Shown: positions 17,466 to 26,675 of the stretch, in pieces | Layout of the letters: each line of letters begins with the position of its first letter | Position numbering within the stretch: the stretch's first letter is position 1 | Virus record (IMG/VR): IMGVR_UViG_3300028413_000003 | Coordinates: 1 to 40,464 of that record | Reading direction: 5' to 3' (one strand) | From: a virus | Lineage: Duplodnaviria; Heunggongvirae; Uroviricota; Caudoviricetes | Length of the DNA: 40,464 bases | Translations under genes and position numbers: made by a program | The notes under the pieces: model-generated | What the model was told of the DNA's origin: nothing | The model's input: only the letters and a program-made list of their open reading frames with translations | The model's database searches: none

Positions 17466-18144
17466 GGTATGGACTGCACTATTAGGAATACAACAAGAAC
17501 TGACTAGAAGCTTTGAGCAATCCGGTACAGAAATATTTGAACCAGGCATGGCCAAGTTCAATCAACCAGGGTGGATCAATCAAGTGTGGACTGGAGAAAA
17601 ATATCGCCGTGCCCACATAGATGTAGTCGATGCAAGAGAAACCAAAGGGTTATGGATGATGCATTGTTGTATTTTTCCTCACCTGCACAACAATGGGCCT
17701 ATCTTTGGCCTAGACGTTATTGCAGGTAAGAATAAAATTACAGGATTCTTTCATGACTATTCTGCAACCATTGATCCAGCACACGACATGATAGAAGCGT
17801 TTGGAGATGAAGCAGCAGCACTAGAATGGAAAAAGAAAAGAGCACTTCCTAAGTGGGCAGAAGCTATTTTCAGCGAACATATGATTGCAGCAGGAAACGT
17901 ACAGAAGACAGAAGAGCTTGAGCAAATAGTTCAATTAAGTACAGATAGTATTTTTTCATATTTGGACCTAATTGGTGATTATAACTTTGCCGGAGACCAC
18001 GACGAGATCAAATCTGCACAAAACAAATATGCACACTATCAAAAGCAAAACCCCCACACTCCAAAAACAATGACAAGTCTCGGACTCAGTGAGGATGATG
18101 TTACAGCTTTTGTACAAGATTGCCTATTTCCTGAAGTCAAATAA
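17458..18144 (+). CDS. Ferredoxin-dependent bilin reductase (PcyA/PcyX clade)
   Basis: RRAH, MMHCCIFP, PIFGLDVIAG, FHDYS, LPKWAEAIFS, QKQNPHT. Confidence 0.88.
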   Translation: MSKVWTALLGIQQELTRSFEQSGTEIFEPGMAKFNQPGWINQVWTGEKYRRAHIDVVDARETKGLWMMHCCIFPHLHNNGPIFGLDVIAGKNKITGFFHDYSATIDPAHDMIEAFGDEAAALEWKKKRALPKWAEAIFSEHMIAAGNVQKTEELEQIVQLSTDSIFSYLDLIGDYNFAGDHDEIKSAQNKYAHYQKQNPHTPKTMTSLGLSEDDVTAFVQDCLFPEVK

Positions 18145-18146
18145 AT

Positions 18147-18815
18147 ATGTATATGGATTGGTCATTTAATTTTTTAAAAAAGACTCCTAAGATAGAATCA
18201 AAGGAATTGCATCAGAAGTCTGCACATGTTGGCCCTAATATTGTTTGGCTTCATGGTGCTGGGCAAACCAGTACAAGTTTTAATTATCTAAGATTGGTAC
18301 TACCGGATTGGCCAGCAACACTTATTGACTACTCCAGTGAAAACAGCTTCTATGATAATTTAGATCTTATACACTCCTCTGTTTGTAGCAAAGAGCCTCT
18401 ATTTGTAATAGGTCACAGTTTAGGAGGAATTTACGGATTGCACCTAACTCAACATTGCAACGTAGTGGGCGGAATAAGTATTAGTACACCATTTAATGGT
18501 TCTGTTATTGCCGATTGGGCCAAGTATATTATTCCAAGCTATCCGCTGTTTAGAGACGTTGGTTCAAAGAGTCGTCCTATAACAGAGGCTAATAGCATGC
18601 CAATTAATATTCCGTGGACCCAGATAATAAGCACCACTGGAACTGTTCCATACATAAAGGCGCCAAATGACGGTGTTGTAACAATAGCAAGTATGGAACA
18701 AAGAAAGGATGACATGGAATGCGTCTATGTTGAGAACACGCACTACGAAGTTATGTGTTCTAATGACGTAGCCCACATCATCCAACCACGATATGAAGCC
18801 CTCATGCTCCAATAG
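18147..18815 (+). CDS. Alpha/beta hydrolase
   Basis: WLHGAG, GHSLGG nucleophile elbow, NDGVV, terminal His. Confidence 0.85.
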   Translation: MYMDWSFNFLKKTPKIESKELHQKSAHVGPNIVWLHGAGQTSTSFNYLRLVLPDWPATLIDYSSENSFYDNLDLIHSSVCSKEPLFVIGHSLGGIYGLHLTQHCNVVGGISISTPFNGSVIADWAKYIIPSYPLFRDVGSKSRPITEANSMPINIPWTQIISTTGTVPYIKAPNDGVVTIASMEQRKDDMECVYVENTHYEVMCSNDVAHIIQPRYEALMLQ

Positions 18816-18992
18816 TATTTAGCTAAAGGAATGAGATATGAAATACCTAGAAGAAAAAATGTTGATGTATTCAATGCTGGCGCAGGGAAAACTTAAAAAA
18901 GCCGAAAAGCTTAAAAGACATTTGTTAGAACGAACACTAAAACGAAAAAAGAATGGCAAAAACTTTGCGTCAAAACACATAATAAAATAAGA

Positions 18993-19021
18993 TTGACAAC
19001 TTGTTAGTTGTGTAATACAAT
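18993..19021 (+). promoter_or_regulatory. sigma70-type promoter upstream of the infA leader
   Basis: TTGACA-N17-TACAAT. Confidence 0.75.
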
Positions 19022-19030
19022 AAAGACTAT

Positions 19031-19158
19031 GTAGTAGAGTGCCGCGCTTCGCCCGTCGCGGTCTACTGCTAAAACACTAAGTCCTAATGTATTTAATTAA
19101 TATGCATTAGGGGTTACAAGCAGGAGTCCAACCCTGTGTAGCTAACGGGCGTCCACCA
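19031..19158 (+). ncRNA. Structured leader or ncRNA upstream of infA (three hairpins plus a possible pseudoknot)
   Basis: Stems at 19031-19069, 19083-19111 and 19112-19143; loop CGCCCGT (19050-56) complementary to ACGGGCG (19145-51). Confidence 0.5.
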
Positions 19159-19168
19159 AAGGTAGAAA

Positions 19169-19384
19169 ATGACAAAAGAAGAAGTAATCGAGATTGAAGG
19201 GAACATTGTAGAGGTGCTCCCTAATCAAACATTTAAAGTTGAACTTGACAACGGACATTATGTTACGTGTTACACTGGCGGAAAAATGAGACAATTTAGA
19301 ATTAGGCTAGTACAAGGTGACAGGGTCAAGTTAGACATGACACCTTACGACCTATCCAAAGGACGGATAACATTTAGATTGTAG
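19169..19384 (+). CDS. infA: Translation initiation factor IF-1
   Basis: [23 protein letters not shown]...[16 protein letters not shown]...[12 protein letters not shown]. Confidence 0.97.
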   Translation: MTKEEVIEIEGNIVEVLPNQTFKVELDNGHYVTCYTGGKMRQFRIRLVQGDRVKLDMTPYDLSKGRITFRL

Positions 19385-19455
19385 CTTAACAATTAGAGGT
19401 TGACTCTGTTGCGTGTAATTGTTATAGTAATGCATAAGCAACAACGGAGAGTTAC

Positions 19456-20169
19456 ATGGGCCAGTTTAGTTATGCATTTGACGATATACTTAACATTTCA
19501 TTTGCTGCACACCGCATAAACAATGGGTATGAAAAGATTTCTTGTAACTATGCGGCTGATGCACATCGTTACAGCAACAGAGATATTGTAGCTCTTACTG
19601 CGGCTGCAACCCTTACGGCTGCAACCGAAGCCTACCGGCCTGCAATGCCTAATGGTTTTGTGCCTGCTGTTGTTACAGAGCAGGACAGGTTGCAGACACA
19701 GGCTACACACAAATTCTTCCGGCGCTTTACTATGTTGATACTTGGGGACAGCCTTACAGAATTTCAAAAAGACATGTATACTGCATACCTCCAAGAAGAT
19801 GTAACTTCGCAAAACCTCGGGCTGCTGGCATACATTCCGTCATTTATTGAAAACGAAGCTGCCACAATTGCATACAAGCAGAATCTCAAAGACAACTATT
19901 ACAACAGCCAAGACATTGCAGTAGGAAAATGGATCAACGGGGACGTAGAAGTACTCAAGCGCATTTACCTTAAACATCACGATCTTTATTTGTACTTTGT
20001 AGGGTTGGGCGGCGATCTTATTAGCTTTGTTAAAGACGAAAAGTACAATATAGGCGAAGTTGTTAGATTAAGAGCAAAGTCTAAGAAACGTGAAACCGAG
20101 AGAGATTCCGGGTTGACAATGACAGCCGTCAACTATGCGAAAATACAAAAACTGGAGAAGAACACATGA
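19456..20169 (+). CDS. Hypothetical protein
   Basis: GGAG RBS; promoter TTGACT(19400)-N17-TATAGT. Confidence 0.7.
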   Translation: MGQFSYAFDDILNISFAAHRINNGYEKISCNYAADAHRYSNRDIVALTAAATLTAATEAYRPAMPNGFVPAVVTEQDRLQTQATHKFFRRFTMLILGDSLTEFQKDMYTAYLQEDVTSQNLGLLAYIPSFIENEAATIAYKQNLKDNYYNSQDIAVGKWINGDVEVLKRIYLKHHDLYLYFVGLGGDLISFVKDEKYNIGEVVRLRAKSKKRETERDSGLTMTAVNYAKIQKLEKNT

Positions 20170-20384
20170 GCACAGAAGTATACATCTATCTGTTTATAAC
20201 AGCGGTGATTTTCACCATTGTTGGATTCTCAAATGGTGTTAAAAAGATCTCAGACGCACAAAGAAAGTTTGTTATTGCATCAACCATTGAAAGTCTAATC
20301 AACGATGGGTACATAGCGACCTCTAAGGTCGATGGGAAAGTAGAAGATATCCTCACGATTGCAGAATATGACAAAACCCATTGA
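20166..20384 (+). CDS. Hypothetical membrane protein
   Basis: ATGA overlap, N-terminal TM helix. Confidence 0.55.
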   Translation: MSTEVYIYLFITAVIFTIVGFSNGVKKISDAQRKFVIASTIESLINDGYIATSKVDGKVEDILTIAEYDKTH

Positions 20385-20628
20385 AGTCAGCCACCAAAAC
20401 TTTGAAAGGTTCATAACCAAGCTCAAAGAAGATCATCCGCCTAGTGTGTTTTTGTTGCGCCGCAGGATGAAAGAAAAACTAGGGTTTACGTGGAGAGACC
20501 ACACGGACTGGAATCAACATGAATCGCGTTACAATAAGAAATGCATCATGCTTGATTTTTACAGCGAGAAGAAGAGAACATTCCTTATTATGAAATACAG
20601 CGAGTACTTCCTAGGAGGTGATACCTGA
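20359..20628 (+). CDS. Hypothetical protein
   Basis: Packed + strand run. Confidence 0.5.
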   Translation: MQNMTKPIEVSHQNFERFITKLKEDHPPSVFLLRRRMKEKLGFTWRDHTDWNQHESRYNKKCIMLDFYSEKKRTFLIMKYSEYFLGGDT

Positions 20629-20975
20629 TGTCTGATAAAGCACACAAATTTGTCACGTTGTTTGATTCACTTGGATTTGAGTGCATTGTTGATATAACAA
20701 CATACGAAAACCAAGTGTTATTAGCAACTCTCAGAGACATAAATGAACATGTTCGTAGTCCGGTTGATATAAGGCTCCTAGTTATGCGAGCACAGGCAAA
20801 TCCACAGCGCTCACCAGAAATTTGGACGTTTACGGCCAAAGCAGGGATCAACGAAGGCATACTACTCGAGCTTGCAACAGATTCACCGCAGGGATTAGCA
20901 GATCTAATACGGAAGCACGGTACTTGTGTTTGGAGAATAGAACAAACACAACCAACAAAAAGAGTGATAATATGA
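20628..20975 (+). CDS. Hypothetical protein
   Basis: AGGAGG RBS. Confidence 0.65.
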   Translation: MSDKAHKFVTLFDSLGFECIVDITTYENQVLLATLRDINEHVRSPVDIRLLVMRAQANPQRSPEIWTFTAKAGINEGILLELATDSPQGLADLIRKHGTCVWRIEQTQPTKRVII

Positions 20976-21325
20976 CTATGTATATTGACTTCGAAGTAGG
21001 GCAATCGCGGACAACACAAAGCGCCTCTGACTATTTGATGTTTGGATGCATGCCCGGAGGATTTCTAGAGGCGGTGCTGTGCAACGACTTGTTTAGAGCT
21101 TCCAACAACGCAGATCATCAAAACAGAGAAATACTTGCTAATATTGCATTTTCAGTATTTCAAAACTTTCCAAACGGCAGTTTTGGAAATGAGCAAATTA
21201 TGATGGATTGGGTAAGAGATGTAGATGGCAGACGGGCCGCCTGGGCCCTAGCTGCTGAGAAGGCGTATACATGGAGAGTGTTAAAAGGAGAAGAAGATGA
21301 AAACGCGCCGCGCCCTACGTTTTGA
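20972..21325 (+). CDS. Hypothetical protein (PGGFLEAVLCNDL)
   Basis: Start moved to ATG 20972 (ATAA overlap with the upstream stop). Confidence 0.6.
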   Translation: MTMYIDFEVGQSRTTQSASDYLMFGCMPGGFLEAVLCNDLFRASNNADHQNREILANIAFSVFQNFPNGSFGNEQIMMDWVRDVDGRRAAWALAAEKAYTWRVLKGEEDENAPRPTF

Positions 21326-21767
21326 AGTAAGCCTTGACCATCGACTCAAACAACGAAAAGATGCGTGTGATGCATATCGCATGCCGAGACTGGGCTATGC
21401 AAAATGCCTAGTGTTTCCTGTTCCGGAAAAGTCAAAGATTGTTGATTATGTGTTTCCAAACGTGCCAATCCAAGGTGGCACATTGGTGACCAAACCGACT
21501 AGTTCAAGTCTCTATAGTACAAGTCTCTATGGTGTACAATCTATTGGACGGGCACTGCGGCCCAACAACAGCTACGGCCAACTTGGTATACACGCTGCTG
21601 GGCGATTATCGGGTAAGTCTACATATTTGAGTTGGCAACTAGCAGCATATTTCTTCAATAACAATGACATTGTTATTCCTTGTATGAGTATTTCTGAAAC
21701 AAAATGGCTCAAGCCCAAGCATGTGACCATGCTGGAGTTAAAAGGACATAAGGTAGTACCAGAATGA
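21297..21767 (+). CDS. Hypothetical protein
   Basis: AAGGAG RBS. Confidence 0.45.
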   Translation: MKTRRALRFEVSLDHRLKQRKDACDAYRMPRLGYAKCLVFPVPEKSKIVDYVFPNVPIQGGTLVTKPTSSSLYSTSLYGVQSIGRALRPNNSYGQLGIHAAGRLSGKSTYLSWQLAAYFFNNNDIVIPCMSISETKWLKPKHVTMLELKGHKVVPE

Positions 21768-22057
21768 CAAGGTACATTGAATATTACGAGTATACCAAAA
21801 ACACTTATATTACTAGTCCAATTCAGTATTACTACATGCCAGTGAACAAAGAGTGTGTTGACAAAATAAATATAGATTACGGAAGTGATAGAATTTGGAG
21901 ATTTGATACAAAAACTGACAGACGAGTTTGTATCAAGGACAGATACAAAAGCGGCGACGTTAGCAATGCCGAGTTTTTAAAGATTCAACTTACATCAGTA
22001 CCGGTGCCATACAACAGTATATATCATTATAAGAAGTACAAGGCCGCAAAGAAATGA
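21764..22057 (+). CDS. Hypothetical protein
   Basis: ATGA overlaps at both ends. Confidence 0.55.
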   Translation: MTRYIEYYEYTKNTYITSPIQYYYMPVNKECVDKINIDYGSDRIWRFDTKTDRRVCIKDRYKSGDVSNAEFLKIQLTSVPVPYNSIYHYKKYKAAKK

Positions 22058-22647
22058 TCAAGTTGCAAGGCAAACTTCCTCGAGATATTTATCTAGCATG
22101 CTCTGGCGGAATTGATAGTATGGCAGCACTAGACTTTCTGCGTCGAAATCACAAAGTAACAGTGTTGCACTATCATCACGGCACCCCGCATGGAGATACG
22201 GCTTATCGGTTTTTATCCGAGTATTGCCGTACAAGAGACATTGATTGGTATCCATGTGTACAAGAATTAGATGTGCCTGTGTCTAATAAGGAAGCAGAGT
22301 GGAGAACACGAAGATACAAGTTTTTTGACAGGTTTACTGATATGCCAATTATCACATGTCATCACCTAGATGATTGTGTAGAAACTTGGCTGTTCAGCAG
22401 CATACACGGCACAGGCAAAATTATTCCACGTACACGAGGAAATGTCTTACGTCCATTTAGACTCAATCGCAAGAGAGATCTAGAATTATGGGCAGCAATG
22501 CACAATGTGCCACACATCGAGGATGACAGCAACAAAGATACATGCTATAGTAGAAACTATATTAGACACACAATGATGCCTCATGTGCTACGGATTAATC
22601 CGGGCATTCATAAAACAATTGCAACAAAGGTAAGACAAGATGGATAA
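22054..22647 (+). CDS. tilS: tRNA(Ile)-lysidine synthetase, PP-loop domain only
   Basis: LACSGGIDSMA, EAEWRTRRY, TCHHLDDCVET, DDSN.D..YSRNYIRH. Confidence 0.88.
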   Translation: MIKLQGKLPRDIYLACSGGIDSMAALDFLRRNHKVTVLHYHHGTPHGDTAYRFLSEYCRTRDIDWYPCVQELDVPVSNKEAEWRTRRYKFFDRFTDMPIITCHHLDDCVETWLFSSIHGTGKIIPRTRGNVLRPFRLNRKRDLELWAAMHNVPHIEDDSNKDTCYSRNYIRHTMMPHVLRINPGIHKTIATKVRQDG

Positions 22648-22858
22648 AGACTTTGAATACGAAGAGTTCGTAGACTTCATAAACTCTATGAAATCGTACA
22701 TTTCAACAGACCAATACTTTGCTGAGTTTTCCCAGCAAACAAAAGATCCGCGAGTTTTAGCAATAGAAAACAGTCATGACAAATTAGAAGTTGACGTAGC
22801 ATCAAGGCCGTGTTACAGTAGTGTTGAAAATCTACTTAGTGCAATCAGAGAGACATAA
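22640..22858 (+). CDS. Hypothetical protein
   Basis: Overlap-coupled ORF. Confidence 0.5.
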   Translation: MDKDFEYEEFVDFINSMKSYISTDQYFAEFSQQTKDPRVLAIENSHDKLEVDVASRPCYSSVENLLSAIRET

Positions 22859-22867
22859 TACTCCAGC

Positions 22868-23101
22868 TTGGGCAGCAGAGAAAGAATTACCCACATGATT
22901 ACCAGAGAACAAATTATGTTACTGTATCTTGCATTAGACAAGTACCCAACTGCTGACACGGTTATAATTAAATATGAAGAGAACGGCAGCGGACTTGGTC
23001 CTAATGAGATTGCTATCTTTCAGGACCGTGGTAATCTGTTTAAACAAATTGCGCCAAAAGAATTAGGCCGCGAAGATATCACTGATGTAAGCACATGGTA
23101 A
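22868..23101 (+). CDS. Hypothetical protein
   Basis: Packed + strand run; start uncertain. Confidence 0.45.
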   Translation: MGSRERITHMITREQIMLLYLALDKYPTADTVIIKYEENGSGLGPNEIAIFQDRGNLFKQIAPKELGREDITDVSTW

Positions 23102-23478
23102 GGAAAACTATGACCAACCAACTAAAACCACAAACTCCAGCAACTGGTATTATCAAAAATCTTGATTACGGCGACAGTATGTTTTATACAGTTGTATGTG
23201 ATTGTGGACAGCAGGATTGCGCGCATGAACTTACGATCGAAGCCGACGACATGGCTGTTATCGTTACCACATACGTGCGCGCAACATCGTGCTGGTCAGA
23301 AAAGAATCGGTGGAAACAACTTTGGCAGATTCTCACAAAAGGGTACGTTGACGTAGAAGCTGTAATTTACATGGAAGAGCAGACTGCTCTTAATTATGCT
23401 GCAACTCTCGAATCTGCTGTGCAAGATGTTGGAAAATTTAGAAATGCAAGACTCTCAAAAACTAACAATAACAATTGA
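23095..23478 (+). CDS. Hypothetical protein (CDCG..DCAH)
   Basis: Packed + strand run. Confidence 0.6.
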   Translation: MVRKTMTNQLKPQTPATGIIKNLDYGDSMFYTVVCDCGQQDCAHELTIEADDMAVIVTTYVRATSCWSEKNRWKQLWQILTKGYVDVEAVIYMEEQTALNYAATLESAVQDVGKFRNARLSKTNNNN

Positions 23479-23752
23479 TCCCCCGGAGGCTGGAAGTATG
23501 GATTTCCCAAGACAGTGTTGATAAGCATTGTACAAAACCCAAGTCTACTATCATTGTGGCTACTAGCTCAGGGATACCCTGGAGAGATGCTCGAGCTAGC
23601 AATGAAACACAGTCGCTATATTGGCAGCGAAGATGCAATGGTCGCAATGGCCTTTGGGAATGATAGAGAATGAATAACCTTTGTACACAAGAAAACGAAG
23701 ACAAAGCACGTAAAATATTAGGCAACGTTGTCTGGTACAGTGGACGGATAAA

Positions 23753-24007
23753 ATGATACGCAAAACAAAAGATAGATATTGCTGGAAAACAGGCTTTGCA
23801 TTTTTCGGTGCAAAATTAGACGATGGTTACTCCATATTTTTCCGTCGGTTTAATTATCGGGAATCGCCCATGCGTCGCCGTATGGAATCATGTAGATTTG
23901 GAATGACTGCGGAGTACGAAGCTGTATCAGCAAGCCGCCAAAAACGCATCAGGCCACAGGCACCTATGCCATATACACGTAGAAAAGGAGACAACAATGA
24001 AAGTTAA
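23753..24007 (+). CDS. Hypothetical protein
   Basis: Packed + strand run. Confidence 0.4.
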   Translation: MIRKTKDRYCWKTGFAFFGAKLDDGYSIFFRRFNYRESPMRRRMESCRFGMTAEYEAVSASRQKRIRPQAPMPYTRRKGDNNES

Positions 24008-24713
24008 GATAGGCGGTTATCCAAGGTGGTTCGGTCCATACCAATTGGCTGATGCTATTTGCTTCTGGGTCAAGGAAGTCAAAGACGAAGATGGAATGAC
24101 TTGCAAGCCCAACTGGGTCCACAAATTTGGTGAATTACTTGCACACGGCAGTATTGAGCCAGAAACCCAAGTTGGAGAAAGAAAAAAGTTTAGTGACCAT
24201 ACTCGTCATAACACTGTGTTGTCCAAATTTCTAAGCTGGATACACAGCAAGCAACACCGAAAGATCGACGTTCGCATTGACCACAGCGACACCTGGAGCA
24301 TGGATCACACACTTTCTTATGTGATTCTTCCTATGCTAGAACATCTCAAAGAACATCAACAAGGCGCATGTCTTGTTGATGACAGTGATGTTCCAGAAAA
24401 TCTTTGGAGTACAAATGCAGAACCCAAAGAGGACAAATGGGACATCGACAGCAACCACTTTAAACGCTGGGACTGGGTGCTGGATGAAATGATCTTTGCC
24501 TTTCAAACCAAGCAAGACGACAATTGGGAAAACCAATTCTACAGTGGCGAGCATGACACCTATTTGGAAAAGTTAGAATCCGGAAACAGTGAGATGATCA
24601 AAGGGCCCCGCGACACTTTTAAAATTGACACAGTGGGCAGAGATGCATTCCAGGCCCGCATCACCAACGGCTTTAGATTGTTTGGCCGCTACTACGAAAA
24701 TTTGTGGTCTTAA
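23997..24713 (+). CDS. Conserved phage hypothetical protein (DTWSMDHTL, RWDWVLDEMIFAF, NGFRLFGRYYENLW)
   Basis: AAGGAG RBS; motifs recalled from T4-like phages. Confidence 0.8.
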   Translation: MKVKIGGYPRWFGPYQLADAICFWVKEVKDEDGMTCKPNWVHKFGELLAHGSIEPETQVGERKKFSDHTRHNTVLSKFLSWIHSKQHRKIDVRIDHSDTWSMDHTLSYVILPMLEHLKEHQQGACLVDDSDVPENLWSTNAEPKEDKWDIDSNHFKRWDWVLDEMIFAFQTKQDDNWENQFYSGEHDTYLEKLESGNSEMIKGPRDTFKIDTVGRDAFQARITNGFRLFGRYYENLWS

Positions 24714-24719
24714 TATAAT

Positions 24720-25484
24720 ATGCCACATTTAAATAAAGATTTTTATAATCCGGTTGCTGATGTGACTTGCACACCGGAGGCCAAATTACAACCACAAAAC
24801 CCCGAGCCAAAGTTATTTGAATTTGCAGAGGATCCGATAGCTTTAATTTGTTCAATACTGCGCACTGCAAAGCAACCTGACCTATACAAAATACACCAGA
24901 AACTGGAGTTAATTGGTAAAACATCGCCAGATTCTCATCAACATGATGTTGATATTTCAATGGATGATCAGGCGTTAGCTGACAAAATTAGGTCGCATTT
25001 TATCAACACTATTCTGATGCGTCGAATCAAAGACATGCACATAAGCCAGTTTATGACCGATCTCGAAGAAGCGTTGGACATTGCTACACCTGTCAATCAA
25101 GAACACATTAAAATGTTAGTTAAGCTACCAGCATTCTACGATGAATTTTTGCAAACCGAAGCAATTCTTAAGGGACGAAAGAGCCTCCCTGAGGATCAGT
25201 ACGGAGAGACGGTTATAATCGACGAGATACTAACATTTGCCGGAACTGTTAAGCGGGCAAGTAAAAATGAAAAAGAAAGACGCTTTTACTTTGTAACTCA
25301 AGACAATGCTATACTTTCAGTGTTTGTTAAGAACTTTACGCAAACACAACCACTGTGGAACTATATTTCAAAAAAAGACAAGTTCCGCATAACAGGACAG
25401 GCCATAGTGTCGTCACAACCAGGCTACGATACAGTCTTTTACAAATTAGGATACGAATATGAAATCACAGATGTTAACAGTTGA
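24720..25484 (+). CDS. Hypothetical protein
   Basis: 254-aa ORF. Confidence 0.7.
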   Translation: MPHLNKDFYNPVADVTCTPEAKLQPQNPEPKLFEFAEDPIALICSILRTAKQPDLYKIHQKLELIGKTSPDSHQHDVDISMDDQALADKIRSHFINTILMRRIKDMHISQFMTDLEEALDIATPVNQEHIKMLVKLPAFYDEFLQTEAILKGRKSLPEDQYGETVIIDEILTFAGTVKRASKNEKERRFYFVTQDNAILSVFVKNFTQTQPLWNYISKKDKFRITGQAIVSSQPGYDTVFYKLGYEYEITDVNS

Positions 25485-25707
25485 CCAACTAGCAAGTATT
25501 GCGCAAGAGGTAGAACTCAAGGATCCAATTGACTGGACAAAGATGGCAGTTAACAAAGAAACTGCATACCAATTGATGGCGTCTAGCGTAGTTGAGCAAT
25601 TTGCAGGACTAAAAGAAGATGAAAAAATGTTGATTGCACAAGGAACAATTACAAAGTTGCTCGTTGAAAACTTTGTATTAAATATTAGGCTGGAAAGTAA
25701 CAAATGA
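25459..25707 (+). CDS. Hypothetical protein
   Basis: Overlap-coupled ORF. Confidence 0.6.
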   Translation: MKSQMLTVDQLASIAQEVELKDPIDWTKMAVNKETAYQLMASSVVEQFAGLKEDEKMLIAQGTITKLLVENFVLNIRLESNK

Positions 25708-26102
25708 AGGTAGGAACAAGTTTAAGTCGTTGCGTAAGAGATATCGTCGACGGTACTATAAATAGAGATGATGTAATGGTCGTTGTGGCCCGTACTAATT
25801 TTGATCCAGAAGACGACAGCCAGTGGAGTAACATTTGGGCAGCATATTGCGGCATCGGGCAGCATGGCCACACTTCCATGCCCGAATGGTTTGGTTACGC
25901 CGACCAGGAAGAAAAATTTCGAGAAACTTGTGTCTGGTTAAAAGTTTCTGGCAAGCTTCATCAGCCGCGCCAGTTTGGTGCATTTGCATCTCGCCAACTC
26001 GAATATTGGTACGACTTGATTCTCACAGCCGAAACACACGAAGACAATCCTGCTATCAAGAAGTCATATGAAAATTACAAAATACTTGCAGGACTTATGT
26101 AA
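25704..26102 (+). CDS. Hypothetical protein
   Basis: ATGA overlap, 132 aa. Confidence 0.7.
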   Translation: MKVGTSLSRCVRDIVDGTINRDDVMVVVARTNFDPEDDSQWSNIWAAYCGIGQHGHTSMPEWFGYADQEEKFRETCVWLKVSGKLHQPRQFGAFASRQLEYWYDLILTAETHEDNPAIKKSYENYKILAGLM

Positions 26103-26110
26103 ATTAGAGG

Positions 26111-26230
26111 TTGACACAGTGGTTTAACTACTGTACTATATAAACAAGTAGACAAATTAAACAACTAGCTTAATTATTTCAAAAGAGATAAATAAAACTA
26201 GTTGACAGATAAATAAGTATGTGTTAAGTT
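26111..26230 (+). promoter_or_regulatory. Tandem sigma70-type promoters at the head of the tRNA region
   Basis: TTGACA(26111)-N17-TACTAT and TTGACA(26202)-N17-TAAGTT. Confidence 0.7.
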
Positions 26231-26263
26231 AAACACAACAACATAAACAGGACGATTAAAAGA

Positions 26264-26365
26264 ATGACTCACATTTTTAAACATATGTATATTATGATAG
26301 AAAGCATTAAAGAATGCTATGAGTATCGCTTTGGATTTTCTGAAGGTTGGGGTGGAGGAAATTAA
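26264..26365 (+). CDS. Putative leader peptide, 33 aa
   Basis: MTHIFKHMYIMIESIKECYEYRFGFSEGWGGGN, lying between the promoter and a terminator. Confidence 0.45.
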   Translation: MTHIFKHMYIMIESIKECYEYRFGFSEGWGGGN

Positions 26366-26397
26366 ACAGTTTCCTTAATACAAACATCTAATTAAAC

Positions 26398-26434
26398 AGC
26401 CTCCAGTAGCAATACTAAGAGGCTTTTAGTTTAT
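26398..26434 (+). terminator. Terminator/attenuator hairpin
   Basis: AGCCTC..AGTA-GCAA-TACT..GAGGCT followed by TTTAGTTTAT. Confidence 0.6.
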
Positions 26435-26435
26435 A

Positions 26436-26660
26436 GCGTTGTTGGGAAATATACTCCCAACCTGATTCAGGTATTGTGAAAACAATGTCTCATATAGAGA
26501 AAAAAGTAGCTGACATTTAGTTGTGGTAATTGTATATTGAGCATGTGGATATACTTTGATGGAGACAACATCAAAGAGAAGACATGAGTAAGTGAAGGCT
26601 TACTTGCGGGAAATTCTGAAATGTCAGAAAACATATCTCGCAAGAACAAAAGACTAACTA
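26436..26660 (+). ncRNA. Unidentified multi-hairpin structured region
   Basis: At least 7 stems, e.g. GTTGGGA/TCCCAAC, CTTTGATG/CATCAAAG, AGTAAGT/GCTTACT, CTTGCGGGA/TCTCGCAAG. Confidence 0.45.
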
Positions 26661-26675
26661 TAAAGGATTATACTA

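Noticed and set aside
19143-19158. infA leader end (ACGGGCGTCCACCA) resembling joined tmRNA termini
   Set aside because: The match is only 7-8 nt per side and no matching acceptor 5' strand was found; likely coincidence.
21506-21531. Tandem CAAGTCTCTAT repeat in a hypothetical ORF
   Set aside because: Two copies, in frame (SLY), consistent with a trivial local duplication.
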